Below are positions 26,200 through 37,431 of a stretch of 64,000 nt of DNA, piece after piece (within the stretch, counting starts at the first letter, position 1; every line of letters begins with the position of its first letter). The stretch covers positions 17,608-81,607 of the forward strand of contig CAWHGF010000008.1 of NCBI GenBank assembly GCA_963828825.1, written 5' to 3'. The position numbers and the translations under genes are program-made. The notes beneath the pieces were generated by a model. That model was not told the DNA's origin and did not search any database. It worked only from the letters and a program-made list of their open reading frames with translations. This DNA is from an uncultured Acidimicrobiaceae bacterium. GTDB lineage: Bacteria; Actinomycetota; Acidimicrobiia; Acidimicrobiales; RAAP-2.

Positions 26200-28176
26200 T
26201 TGCCCTGGGTGGGGGACGTGGTCGGGGGCCTCGTGCTGGATGCACCCGCGCCGGCGCATGCCGAGCCGCCGGTCGGACGGCGAGCCGAAAGGACCGGCCG
26301 GGCCGGCCGATGGCAATTCTGGTGCTCGCCGCCCGACCAACCCCGGTGGGCGCGACCGGCGCTCCTGCTCGTCGCCGCGCTGGCGGCCCTCTCCTACAGC
26401 TGGGGCAGCGGCAGCGCCACACTCGAGACCTTCTACGGCGCCGCCGTCCGCAGCATGTCGCAGAGCTGGCACAACTTCTTCTTCGGCGCCTTCGACCCGT
26501 GGGGCACGGTCTCGGTCGACAAGTTGCCCGGCGCTTTCTGGCTCCAGGCACTGTCCGTCCGCCTCTTTGGCTTTCACATCTGGGCCATGGTGCTGCCTCA
26601 GGCGATTGAGGGGACGCTGACCGTCCTCGTCCTCTCCCGCGCCGTGCGCCGCGTGGCGGGAGCCGGAGCCGGGCTCGTCGCCGCGGTCGCCCTGGCCACG
26701 ACGCCGGTCACGATTCTGTTGAACCGAGGCAACATCTCGGACTCGTTGCTCATTCTGCTGCTGGTGCTCGCGGCGGACGCCACCACTGCCGCCGTGATGA
26801 CGGGCCGGCTGCGCTCCCTGGTGCTCGCCGGCGTCTGGGTCGGCCTGGCCTTCCAGGCCAAGATGCTCCAGGCCTGGATCGTCCTTCCCGCGCTCTCCCT
26901 CGCCTACATCCTCGCGGCGCCCGTCGCCAGCCTGGAACGCCGGGTCGGGCGGGTGGCCCTCTCCATCCTTGCCGTGATCGCCGTCTCGCTGAGCTGGATG
27001 TGCGTGGTCAGCCTCATCCCGGCGCACGACCGCCCCTACGTCGACGGCAGTTGTGACAACTCTGTCTTCAGCCAGGTGTTCCTCTACAACGGCGCTGATC
27101 GCCTCAGCGGGAACCTGCTCGACCAGCCGGGCTGCAGCCAACCGCCCGTCGGCCGGGTGACGTCGACGAGCGGCGGCGCAGCGACCCACGCCCTCGACCG
27201 GGGACCCGGCCGTTTCCTCAGCGGCGGGTTCGGACGCGACGCGGCGTGGCTGTTCGTCCCGTCTCTGGCGGCGTTGGGGGGCATCCTGGTGGCCCGCCGG
27301 CGTGAGCCCCGCACCGACCCCTGGCGCGCCGCCGCGCTGTTGTGGGGGACCTGGCTGTTCCTGTCGTGGAGCTTCTTTGCCTCCAGCCGGTTCCTGAACG
27401 GGTACTACCTTGCCGCGCTGGCGCCGGCGATGGCCGCGCTCTGCGGCCTGGGTTTCGCACTGGCCTGGAAGCTGCGCGAGCGGACCCGGGTCGTGCCCGT
27501 CCTCGTGATGGCCACCGTCGCCGTGGGCGTGGCGTACGCCGCCTCCCTGGTGCCCGATGCGGCCGGGGTCCGCCTCTGGGTCATCACCACCAGTGCGCTC
27601 GCCACCGCGGGGGCCGTGGGCTGCCTCGCCCTCTCCCTACGACGGGACCGGCGTCCGTGGGAGCGGCGCGCCGGCCTCGGCCTGGCCACGCTGGCACTGC
27701 TCCTCGGCGGATCGTGGGCCTCGGCGACCGTGGTGGCTGACCAATTGGGGCCCTTCGACGCGCCCTACCAGCCGGCCGCGGCCACCGCGGCGCAGCAGGC
27801 CGGCTGGCAGCGCGACGTCGCCTCCTGGCCCGCTCTCGCCGCCGACGCCGCGCCCGTCCCATCCGCACAGAGCGTCGAGACCGACGAGACCTCGGCGCAG
27901 GCGAGCGGTTCCGTCCTGGCGTCCGGTCGCGAGTTCCTCCCCGTCGGCGGGTTCTCGGGCCAGGTGCCGAGCACACCGCTCAACACGTTCATCGACGACG
28001 TGCGCCACGGCCGCGTCGTGGGCGTCCTCGTTCCGGTGACGCCGCTGACCCGCAACCCCGACATGCGCTGGGTCCTGGCGCATTGCAGCGTCCAGAACGG
28101 CCCCCGGGCCAAAGTCCGCACGGGCAGCGGCGTCGACCGGCGCTACATCTGCGCACCGGCCGACGCCGGTGCGTGA
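26200..28176 (+). CDS. GT39/ArnT-like membrane glycosyltransferase
   Basis: ORF track, 658 aa. The N-terminal polytopic domain has ...FYGAAVRSMSQSWHNFFFGAFDPWGTVSVDKLPGAFWLQALSVRLFG...TPVTILLNRGNISDSLLILLLVLA..., typical of the family-39 / PMT_2 fold. Confidence 0.75.
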   Translation: MPWVGDVVGGLVLDAPAPAHAEPPVGRRAERTGRAGRWQFWCSPPDQPRWARPALLLVAALAALSYSWGSGSATLETFYGAAVRSMSQSWHNFFFGAFDPWGTVSVDKLPGAFWLQALSVRLFGFHIWAMVLPQAIEGTLTVLVLSRAVRRVAGAGAGLVAAVALATTPVTILLNRGNISDSLLILLLVLAADATTAAVMTGRLRSLVLAGVWVGLAFQAKMLQAWIVLPALSLAYILAAPVASLERRVGRVALSILAVIAVSLSWMCVVSLIPAHDRPYVDGSCDNSVFSQVFLYNGADRLSGNLLDQPGCSQPPVGRVTSTSGGAATHALDRGPGRFLSGGFGRDAAWLFVPSLAALGGILVARRREPRTDPWRAAALLWGTWLFLSWSFFASSRFLNGYYLAALAPAMAALCGLGFALAWKLRERTRVVPVLVMATVAVGVAYAASLVPDAAGVRLWVITTSALATAGAVGCLALSLRRDRRPWERRAGLGLATLALLLGGSWASATVVADQLGPFDAPYQPAAATAAQQAGWQRDVASWPALAADAAPVPSAQSVETDETSAQASGSVLASGREFLPVGGFSGQVPSTPLNTFIDDVRHGRVVGVLVPVTPLTRNPDMRWVLAHCSVQNGPRAKVRTGSGVDRRYICAPADAGA

Positions 28177-28237
28177 CACCCTTCAGACGACGGCCGCCGG
28201 AAGAGGGCCTGGTGCCCGGGCCGACGTGGTCCCGCGG

Positions 28238-29125
28238 TCAGACGTCGAGGAAGCGCCGGATCGCGACGGCGGAGCCGATGGAGCCGATCGCCATACCCAC
28301 AAGGACCACCACCACGTTGGTGAGCAAGACCTCGGATCCGGACATGTGCATCGCGGTGAAGATGTTGCTCGTCGTCCGACCGCTCCCCTCGTGGTTGATG
28401 AAGAGGTAGACGAAGTAGACGACGACCGCGGCCAGCAGCGACCCGAACAGGCCCTGCAACAGCCCCTCGGACATGAACGGGACGCGGATGAACCAGTTCG
28501 TGGCACCGACCAGCTTCATCACGGAGACCTCGCGGCGTCGCGCGAAAATGGCCATGCGGATGGTGTTCAGGATCAAGACGGCGGCAGACACGATCAGGAC
28601 GATGGCCACGGCCAGACAGACCCACTTCGAGACGTTGATCACCGTCTCCTCGCTGTGGATGGTCTGCAGGGGCTCCGTCACCGAGAGGACGCCCGCGGTG
28701 CCTCTGAAGGTGTGCGAGACCTGGACCGCGTCGGTGAGGGCAACGGGGGTGCACCAGTAGGAGGTCGGCATCTCCGCCTGCGTGGTCGCCTGGAACACGT
28801 CTGGGGGCAGCAGCCGGCGGGCCTCGGCGAAGTTGCGTGCCTTGTTCCAGTAGACGCACGGCTGGACGACGTAGTTCAGCTGCGACAGCTCGGTGGAGAC
28901 AGCGTGGATCTCCTGGGAATTGGCGTTGGGCTCCATCCAGACCGTGACCTGGGTACCCCGCTCGAGCGTGCCCGTGGCGTTGGCCGATCCCTGGCGCAGC
29001 AGGAGGGCCGCACCCACGAGCGACAGGGAGACGGCGACGGTCAGGACGGCGGCGACGGTCATGAGCCGGTTGCGCCACAGGTTCGACGCCGTCTCGCGGA
29101 CGACATAGTCGACGGATACCGCCAT
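28238..29125 (-). CDS. ftsX: cell-division ABC transporter permease FtsX
   Basis: Frame of ORF 28238..29188, starting at ATG 29125, just after the ftsE stop. It has VRETASNLWRNRLMTVAAVLTV and the C-terminal FtsX block IFARRREVSVMKLVGATNWFIRVPFMSEG. Confidence 0.85.
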   Translation of the reverse strand: MAVSVDYVVRETASNLWRNRLMTVAAVLTVAVSLSLVGAALLLRQGSANATGTLERGTQVTVWMEPNANSQEIHAVSTELSQLNYVVQPCVYWNKARNFAEARRLLPPDVFQATTQAEMPTSYWCTPVALTDAVQVSHTFRGTAGVLSVTEPLQTIHSEETVINVSKWVCLAVAIVLIVSAAVLILNTIRMAIFARRREVSVMKLVGATNWFIRVPFMSEGLLQGLFGSLLAAVVVYFVYLFINHEGSGRTTSNIFTAMHMSGSEVLLTNVVVVLVGMAIGSIGSAVAIRRFLDV

Positions 29126-29129
29126 CAGC

Positions 29130-29852
29130 TCAACCCGCTGCAGCCACGTCGGGCTGCTGCTGCCCTGAGCCGTCGAAACCGTAGACACCGCGCGCCTGGT
29201 CGCGCACCATCCGTCCGTTGCTCAGCTCTATGACGCGCCGTCGCATCTTGTCCACCAGCACCTCGTCGTGCGTCGCCACCACGACGGTCGTGCCCGTCCG
29301 GTTGATGCGGTCGAGCAACTGCATGACGCCCTGGCCCGTCTGCGGGTCGAGGTTCCCCGTGGGCTCGTCGGCCAGCAGAATGAGTGGCCGGTTGACGAAG
29401 GCGCGGGCCACGGCGACCCGTTGCTGCTCACCGCCCGAGAGCTCGTTGGGCAGGTTGTCCCGCTTGGTGGCCAGACCGACGAGGTCGAGCACCTGCGGCA
29501 CCTGGTTCGCCACCACGTGACGGGGCCGACCGATGACCTCGAGCGCGAAGGCCACGTTCTCGAAGACCGTCTTGTTGGGCAGAAGCCGGAAGTCCTGAAA
29601 AACGCAACCGATATTTCGGCGCAGGTACGGCACCCGCCATTTCGGCAGTTCCACGATGTTGCGCCCAGCCTCGAGGATCTTGCCGGTGTCGGGAAGCTCC
29701 TCGCGGAGGAGCAGCCTGATGAAGGTCGTCTTCCCGGATCCGGACGCGCCGACGAGAAAGACGAATTCGCCCTTCTCGATCTCGACGGTGATGTCGCGGA
29801 GCGCGACCGTCGATCCCTTATAGGTCTTGGTGACGGTTTCGAATCGGATCAT
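29130..29852 (-). CDS. ftsE: cell-division ATP-binding protein FtsE
   Basis: Frame of ORF 29130..29933, starting at ATG 29852 ([13 protein letters not shown]). It has Walker [10 protein letters not shown], the signature [14 protein letters not shown] and Walker [10 protein letters not shown]. Confidence 0.9.
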   Translation of the reverse strand: MIRFETVTKTYKGSTVALRDITVEIEKGEFVFLVGASGSGKTTFIRLLLREELPDTGKILEAGRNIVELPKWRVPYLRRNIGCVFQDFRLLPNKTVFENVAFALEVIGRPRHVVANQVPQVLDLVGLATKRDNLPNELSGGEQQRVAVARAFVNRPLILLADEPTGNLDPQTGQGVMQLLDRINRTGTTVVVATHDEVLVDKMRRRVIELSNGRMVRDQARGVYGFDGSGQQQPDVAAAG

Positions 29853-29971
29853 CGGCAGGAGAGATGTCGCCCCGGCAGGCGCGGGCAGGGCACTGCGCAA
29901 CTCTACCGACTCTGCAATGCGGTTTCGGGTCATGGGCTCCGGCGCAGGTCACAGCCGCCCAGCAGACAGAA

Positions 29972-30439
29972 TCACCGGGCGGGCACGGCGCGTCCAACGC
30001 TGGCTTCGTCCGCCCTCAGCGATGGTTGCAGGCACTGCACTGAACGCACTGGACCGCGGGTTGCACCCGGCAATTCCATCCACTCGGCCTCCGCCCGGAC
30101 GTGGCGGGCTCGCGCACGCCGACCGTGCACCCACGCCGGCTCGGCGCCGCGCCGCGCCAAGAACCCCTCGGCCCGTGGCGCGCCCGCATGGCGCCGGCCC
30201 CCGAAGAAGTGGTCCTCGACGCGCGTGTCGGAATGGCGGTGGACGTCGCCACACACAACGTCCGCCGGCGCCCCGGCGCGCCGTGTCGGGCCGGTCGATG
30301 GCGCCCCCCATACGCGTGCCGGTGCCGAGAGGTCGATGGCGACGGTCTCGAGCCCGTCGGTCGCACCGGACAGCAGCCTCAAGGCGCCCCGAGGACGGCG
30401 GGACTGGGCGCGCCCGGACCGGCGGGGCGTCCTCGTCAC
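29972..30439 (-). CDS. hypothetical protein in the prfB-ftsE spacer
   Basis: ORF track, 155 aa. The only support is strand, position and third-position G/C of roughly 85% read by eye (...GLETVAIDLSAPARVWGAP...DVVCGDVHRHSDTRVEDHFFGG...). No family recognised, and the termini are Arg-rich. Confidence 0.3.
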   Translation of the reverse strand: MTRTPRRSGRAQSRRPRGALRLLSGATDGLETVAIDLSAPARVWGAPSTGPTRRAGAPADVVCGDVHRHSDTRVEDHFFGGRRHAGAPRAEGFLARRGAEPAWVHGRRARARHVRAEAEWMELPGATRGPVRSVQCLQPSLRADEASVGRAVPAR

Positions 30440-30668
30440 TGAGCCGCGCCGTCGCGGTGGTCGGTTCGTCGACGGGCGCGGTCGCCACGCGTCGGATCAT
30501 CGCGGCGCGGCATGGCCTCATGCATGGAGCGGCATCAGCCCGATGCGACGCGTTCGCCCGCATTCTCGTTCTTCCCGGCCCGGGTCCTGCGCCACGCCGC
30601 AGCGGAACGACTCACGGGAGCGCACACGAGCACGTGACTCGATGCAGTTGTGACGAGTTCTGCAGTTG

Positions 30669-31809
30669 CTACGAGTTGCCCTCGCGCTGACGGCGCAGCT
30701 CCGCCTCCATGAAGGGATCAAGGTCGCCGTCGAGGACGGCGTCGACGTTGCCTGTCTCGTAGTTGGTGCGGAGATCCTTCACGAGTTGGTACGGAGCCAT
30801 GACGTAGGAGCGAATCTGGTTGCCCCACGCGTTGTCGACCCGGTCACCGCTCAGCGCCTCGAGCTCGGCCCGGCGCTCCATGCGGGCCCGCTCGGCCAGC
30901 TTGGCCCCCAGGATCTGCATCGCCTTGGCCTTGTTCTGATGCTGGCTCCGCTCGTTCTGGCAGGAGACCACGATCCCGGTGGGCAGGTGGGTCAGGCGCA
31001 CCGCCGAATCCGTCTTGTTGACGTGCTGGCCTCCCGCGCCGGAGGACCGATATGTGTCGATACGCAGGTCTTTCTCGTCGATCTCGACCTCGGACGACAC
31101 GTCTTCGAGGAAGGGCGTGACGTCCATGGAGGCGAAGCTGGTCTGGCGCCGGTGCTGCGAGTCGAACGGGGACATCCGGACCAGGCGGTGCACGCCACGC
31201 TCGGTGGCCAGGAGCCCATAGGCGAACCGGCCGTGGACGATGAACGTGGCCGAGAGCAGTCCCGCCTCCTGCCCCTCGGTCGCCTCGTCGACCTCGACGG
31301 TGAAGCCGCGCCGCTCGGCCCAGCGCTGGTACATCCGGAGCAGCATTTCGGTCCAGTCCTGCGCGTCCGTCCCACCGGCGCCGGCATGCACCTCACAGAC
31401 GGCATCGAGCTCGTCGTACTCACCGGAGAACAGCGACTGCAGCTCCAACGCCCCGAGCCGCGTCCCGAGGGCGTCGACCATCTCGACCAGCTCGGCGTCG
31501 AACGCGGCATCACCGGATCCCTCGGCGGCGGACTCCTCGGTCAGCTCGAGCAGAGCCCGGGCGTCCTCGAGTGCGCTGCGCAGCGTGTCGAGCTGATCGA
31601 GGTCGGCAGACACCCGTCCCAGTTCCTTGGTGACGGACCGCGCGTTGTCGGCGTCGTCCCAGAGATCCGGGCGGGCTACCTCCGCCTCGAGCTCGACGCG
31701 GCGCACCTCGAGCTTCTCGCGCCCGAGGTAGCGCTCGGCCTCAGCCAGCCGCTCCCCCAGCGCTTCGAGTTCAGATGTGAAGTCGCGGGGAAGGTCGGCC
31801 GACGACCCG

Positions 31810-31823
<14 letters not shown>
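30669..31823 (-). CDS. prfB: peptide chain release factor 2
   Basis: ORF track, 384 aa. It has the SPF tripeptide (VRMSPFDSQ), the GGQ motif (RSSGAGGQHVNKTDSAVR) and the block NERSQHQNKA. The frame is continuous, with no programmed +1 site. Confidence 0.9.
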
Positions 31824-34605
<2,782 letters not shown>

Positions 34606-35350
34606 GGCAGGCAGATCCTACCGGCCGGGGCGGGCGTTGAGCTGCAGCCGGGTGCTCACATCGAATTGGGGCTGCGTGCGGCTGACCTGGTCTTTGACCC
34701 CACACTCGCCTGCCGCGAGGGTGACGCGCCGGTCCCGGCGGTGCGGCGGCGGACCGCCACACCCAACGGCACCATGCTGGCGCGCATCGCCTCGTCTCCG
34801 CCCGCCCCCGACAGCCGGGGACACGGCGGGCAGGGCTTACCTCTAAGCCGCACCATGCTCAGCGACCACAAGTCGCCTTACGTGGGTCGTTTTGCCTGCG
34901 ACTGGCCTCGACTTTCAACCACAGACCCGCACGCAGCCCGCCGCCATCCTACGCCCCGGCGGTGCGCCTACTGCCCGGGGACATTCGAGCCCGACGAACC
35001 CGAGGCACTGCCCGCGCCGGCGGGATTGGCACCCTCGAGCACCGTGACGTCGGAGATCAATCGACACCGCGCCCACCTGCTGCAGGTCGGCGATCAGACG
35101 GACGACGTCGGCCTGGGCGAGGTGATCTTGTCGTTGACGAAGGTCTGGTCGACCGCGGCGTACACCGAGGCGGTGCCCGCACCCCGATTCTCCGATTGCC
35201 AACGATATGCGCCTATTCACAATTTTGTTGTGCAAACGCTTCACAAAGTTTCAAATTTTGGCTTGCCGGTCTGTTAAAGACCCTGGCGGGTGGGCATAGT
35301 GTCATGTACTTCCTCGTAGGAGGACGAACAGAGGAGAGGGACGGAATCAG

Positions 35351-37105
35351 TTGGCGCTCCGCGAAGAAGAGCTCTCCAACCTGTGCGACGACGTCGACCT
35401 TGAACGTGACCGCGCGCTCGTCGAGCGTTGCCAGGCGGGTGATTCCGCAGCGTTCGGCAGCCTCTACGCCCGTTACTACGAGCGGCTTCTCCGCTTCTGC
35501 CTTCGCCGACTGAGCGACCGCCACGAAGCTGAGGACGCGGCGCAGGAGGCCTTCGCTCGAGCCTGGAAGGCGCTGCCGCGGTTCGCCGGCGAGCGGCGGT
35601 TCTACCCGTGGCTCACCGTGATCGCGGGGAACATCTGCACGGACATGCTGCGCCGTCGGTCGCGCAGCACGCCAACGGGCGACTTGGAACTCACGGCACA
35701 ACACCCGGTTGGCGTTGCCTGCGAGGACACGTCAGAGGAGCTTGTCCTGGCGGCTGTCGACGGCGAACTGGTCAACCGTGCACTGGGCCGCCTCTCCAGG
35801 CGTCACCGCCACGTTCTTGCCATGCGCGAGGGGTCCGGATGGACCTACCAGCAGATCGCGGACCACGAGGGTGTCGAAATCGGAACCATTGAAACGCTGC
35901 TCTGGCGTGCCCGCCAGGCGCTCAAACGCGAGTTCGCTGTCGTGTCCGATTCGAAGGAGGCCTTGGCCGGTTTCCTCATCGCCACTGGCGCACTCATCCG
36001 CCGCAGTATCTTCCGAGTGGCCCACCGTGGCGCCGGCGTGCAGCACCGTGGTGGTGGCACCGGAACGATGCGCAATGCGGTGGCGGGCGTTGCCGTCACC
36101 GGCGCCGCCGTCGCGGCGGGATTCATTGCCCCGCACGCGTGGTCGGGCGGCGCCAGCGGGGCCGGGTCGGCGCCCGGTTCGGCCCTGGCAGCGCCGCCTC
36201 TTGTTTTGGAGTCCACTACCCCCGGCACGCGGGGGACAACCGGCGCGGGTGCAGGCGCGCCGACCGTGGGTGGCGAAAATGCGGGATCGAGCGCTGCCTC
36301 GGCATCGGGCGGGTCCGTGATCGCTTCGGGCGGCACGAGCGGGTCCCGCACCAGCGGCCGAGGTGCCTCAACCACGGCTGGCGGGTTGGGGTCAATTCTC
36401 GGTTCCGTGTCCGGTGGCTCGTCGGCAGCCACTGGCAATCGCTCCAGCGGGCTCAGCCAGGCCGCGGGGGGCCTGCACAGCACCTCGAGCGGCGCGACAA
36501 GCGGGGTCGGACAGACCGCGAGCGGCACGACGAGCGGGGTCGGACAGACCGCGAGCGGCGCGACGAGCGGGGTCGGACAGACCGCGAGCGGCGCGACGAG
36601 CGGGGTCGGACAGACAGCGAGCGGCGCGACGAGCGGGGTCGGACAGACGGCGAGCGGCGCGACGAGCGGGGTCGGACAGACGGCGAGCGGCACGACGAGC
36701 GGGGTCGGACAGACCGCGAGCGGCACGACGAGCGGGGTCGGACAGACCGTGAGCGGCACGACGAGCGGGGTCGGACAGACGGTGAGCGGCACGACGAGCG
36801 GGGTCGGACAGACGGTGAGCGGCGTGACGAGCGGGGTCGGACAGACGGTGAGCGGCGTGACGAGCGGCGGGGGCGGACCGAATACCACGGTCAGTGGAGT
36901 CACGAGCGGGGTCAACGGGCTCTCGCAGTCAATCGGGCTCGGCAGCGTGATCCCGACGACGTCGGGCTCGGGATCCTCGGCCGGCTCGGGCACTTCTTCG
37001 GACACCACCACCACGACCACGACCACCACCACCACGACGAACCCGGTGCAGGGGGTACTCGGTGGCACGGGCCAGACCGTGGGTGGCCTGTTGGGCGGGA
37101 CGTAG
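35351..37105 (+). CDS. ECF-type sigma-70 factor fused to hydrophobic segments and a Gly/Ser/Thr tandem-repeat C-terminal domain
   Basis: ORF track, 584 aa with a TTG start. Region 2 is ERCQAGDSAAFGSLYARYYERLLRFCLRRLSDRHEAEDAAQEAFARAW. Region 4 is LSRRHRHVLAMREGSGWTYQQIADHEGVEIGTIETLLWRARQALKRE. These are followed by ALAGFLIATGALI and AVAGVAVTGAAVAAGFIA, a Gly/Ser-rich stretch, 11+2 copies of SG(A/T/V)TSGVGQT(A/V) and 12 Thr (37004-37039). Confidence 0.75.
   Translation: MALREEELSNLCDDVDLERDRALVERCQAGDSAAFGSLYARYYERLLRFCLRRLSDRHEAEDAAQEAFARAWKALPRFAGERRFYPWLTVIAGNICTDMLRRRSRSTPTGDLELTAQHPVGVACEDTSEELVLAAVDGELVNRALGRLSRRHRHVLAMREGSGWTYQQIADHEGVEIGTIETLLWRARQALKREFAVVSDSKEALAGFLIATGALIRRSIFRVAHRGAGVQHRGGGTGTMRNAVAGVAVTGAAVAAGFIAPHAWSGGASGAGSAPGSALAAPPLVLESTTPGTRGTTGAGAGAPTVGGENAGSSAASASGGSVIASGGTSGSRTSGRGASTTAGGLGSILGSVSGGSSAATGNRSSGLSQAAGGLHSTSSGATSGVGQTASGTTSGVGQTASGATSGVGQTASGATSGVGQTASGATSGVGQTASGATSGVGQTASGTTSGVGQTASGTTSGVGQTVSGTTSGVGQTVSGTTSGVGQTVSGVTSGVGQTVSGVTSGGGGPNTTVSGVTSGVNGLSQSIGLGSVIPTTSGSGSSAGSGTSSDTTTTTTTTTTTTNPVQGVLGGTGQTVGGLLGGT
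36488..36850 (+). repeat. 33-bp tandem repeat, 11 near-identical units (agcggc[gcg/acg/gtg]ac[a/g]agcggggtcggacagac[c/a/g]g[c/t]g); two decayed units extend to ~36925
   Basis: Unit boundaries read directly: 36488, 36521, 36554, 36587, 36620, 36653, 36686, 36719, 36752, 36785, 36818. Units 5 and 6 are identical, as are units 9 and 10. Confidence 0.95.
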
Positions 37106-37370
37106 CACCACCGGGGCGCACGGCGTGCGCCGTGAGGGCCGATCATCTCGCTCCGCGGGGTCAGCAGGTCATTCGGCTCCACATGGGGCTCATGGAGAGA
37201 TCCGCGTCGATAATGACCTGATCGCCCCCATGTACTCCGACGTTCGCGTGACGATCGAGGGCGACACGGCCTCGCTTGCATTCGGCCGGCTTGCACGTCC
37301 GGCGAGCCGGCCTGGGTGGCGCAGGCTCCGAGCGGCCAGCCCGTACCACCTCGCTGACCGCCCAACGAGA

Positions 37371-37415
37371 AACGCCGCCGACCCCGGGCGTTGCGCTCCC
37401 GGAACCGGCGGCGTT
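37371..37415 (-). terminator. hairpin downstream of glnII (aacgccgccg ... cggcggcgtt, with inner ccggg/cccgg pairing)
   Basis: A 10-bp perfect outer stem plus an inner 5-bp stem, 17 nt after the glnII stop. On the minus strand it is followed by tttctcgtt. It lies between convergent genes, so it may act in both directions. Confidence 0.5.
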
Positions 37416-37431
37416 CCCTATCAGGTACAGC

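Noticed and set aside
28177-28237. Expected smpB and tmRNA (ssrA) downstream of ftsX.
   Set aside because: Only 61 bp separate ftsX from the convergent GT39 gene. No tRNA-like acceptor/T-arm sequence was found here or elsewhere in the window.
36488-36850. Could the 33-bp repeats be a CRISPR array?
   Set aside because: The units are directly contiguous with no spacers, they lie inside a long ORF in frame, and no cas genes are nearby.
37115-37131. Small hairpin ggcgcac-ggc-gtgcgcc, 10 nt after the sigma-fusion stop, as a terminator.
   Set aside because: It has only a 7-bp stem with a 3-nt loop and no U-tract. The stronger hairpin at 37371-37415 may serve both convergent genes.
35845-37365. 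506-aa minus-strand ORF antisense to the sigma-repeat gene. It translates the array as PLV(T/V)PL(T/A)VCPT repeats.
   Set aside because: It is open only because the 33-bp repeat lacks stops in that frame. Its N-terminal part is Arg/Gly-rich filler, whereas the plus-strand frame carries an unmistakable ECF sigma domain continuous with the repeats.
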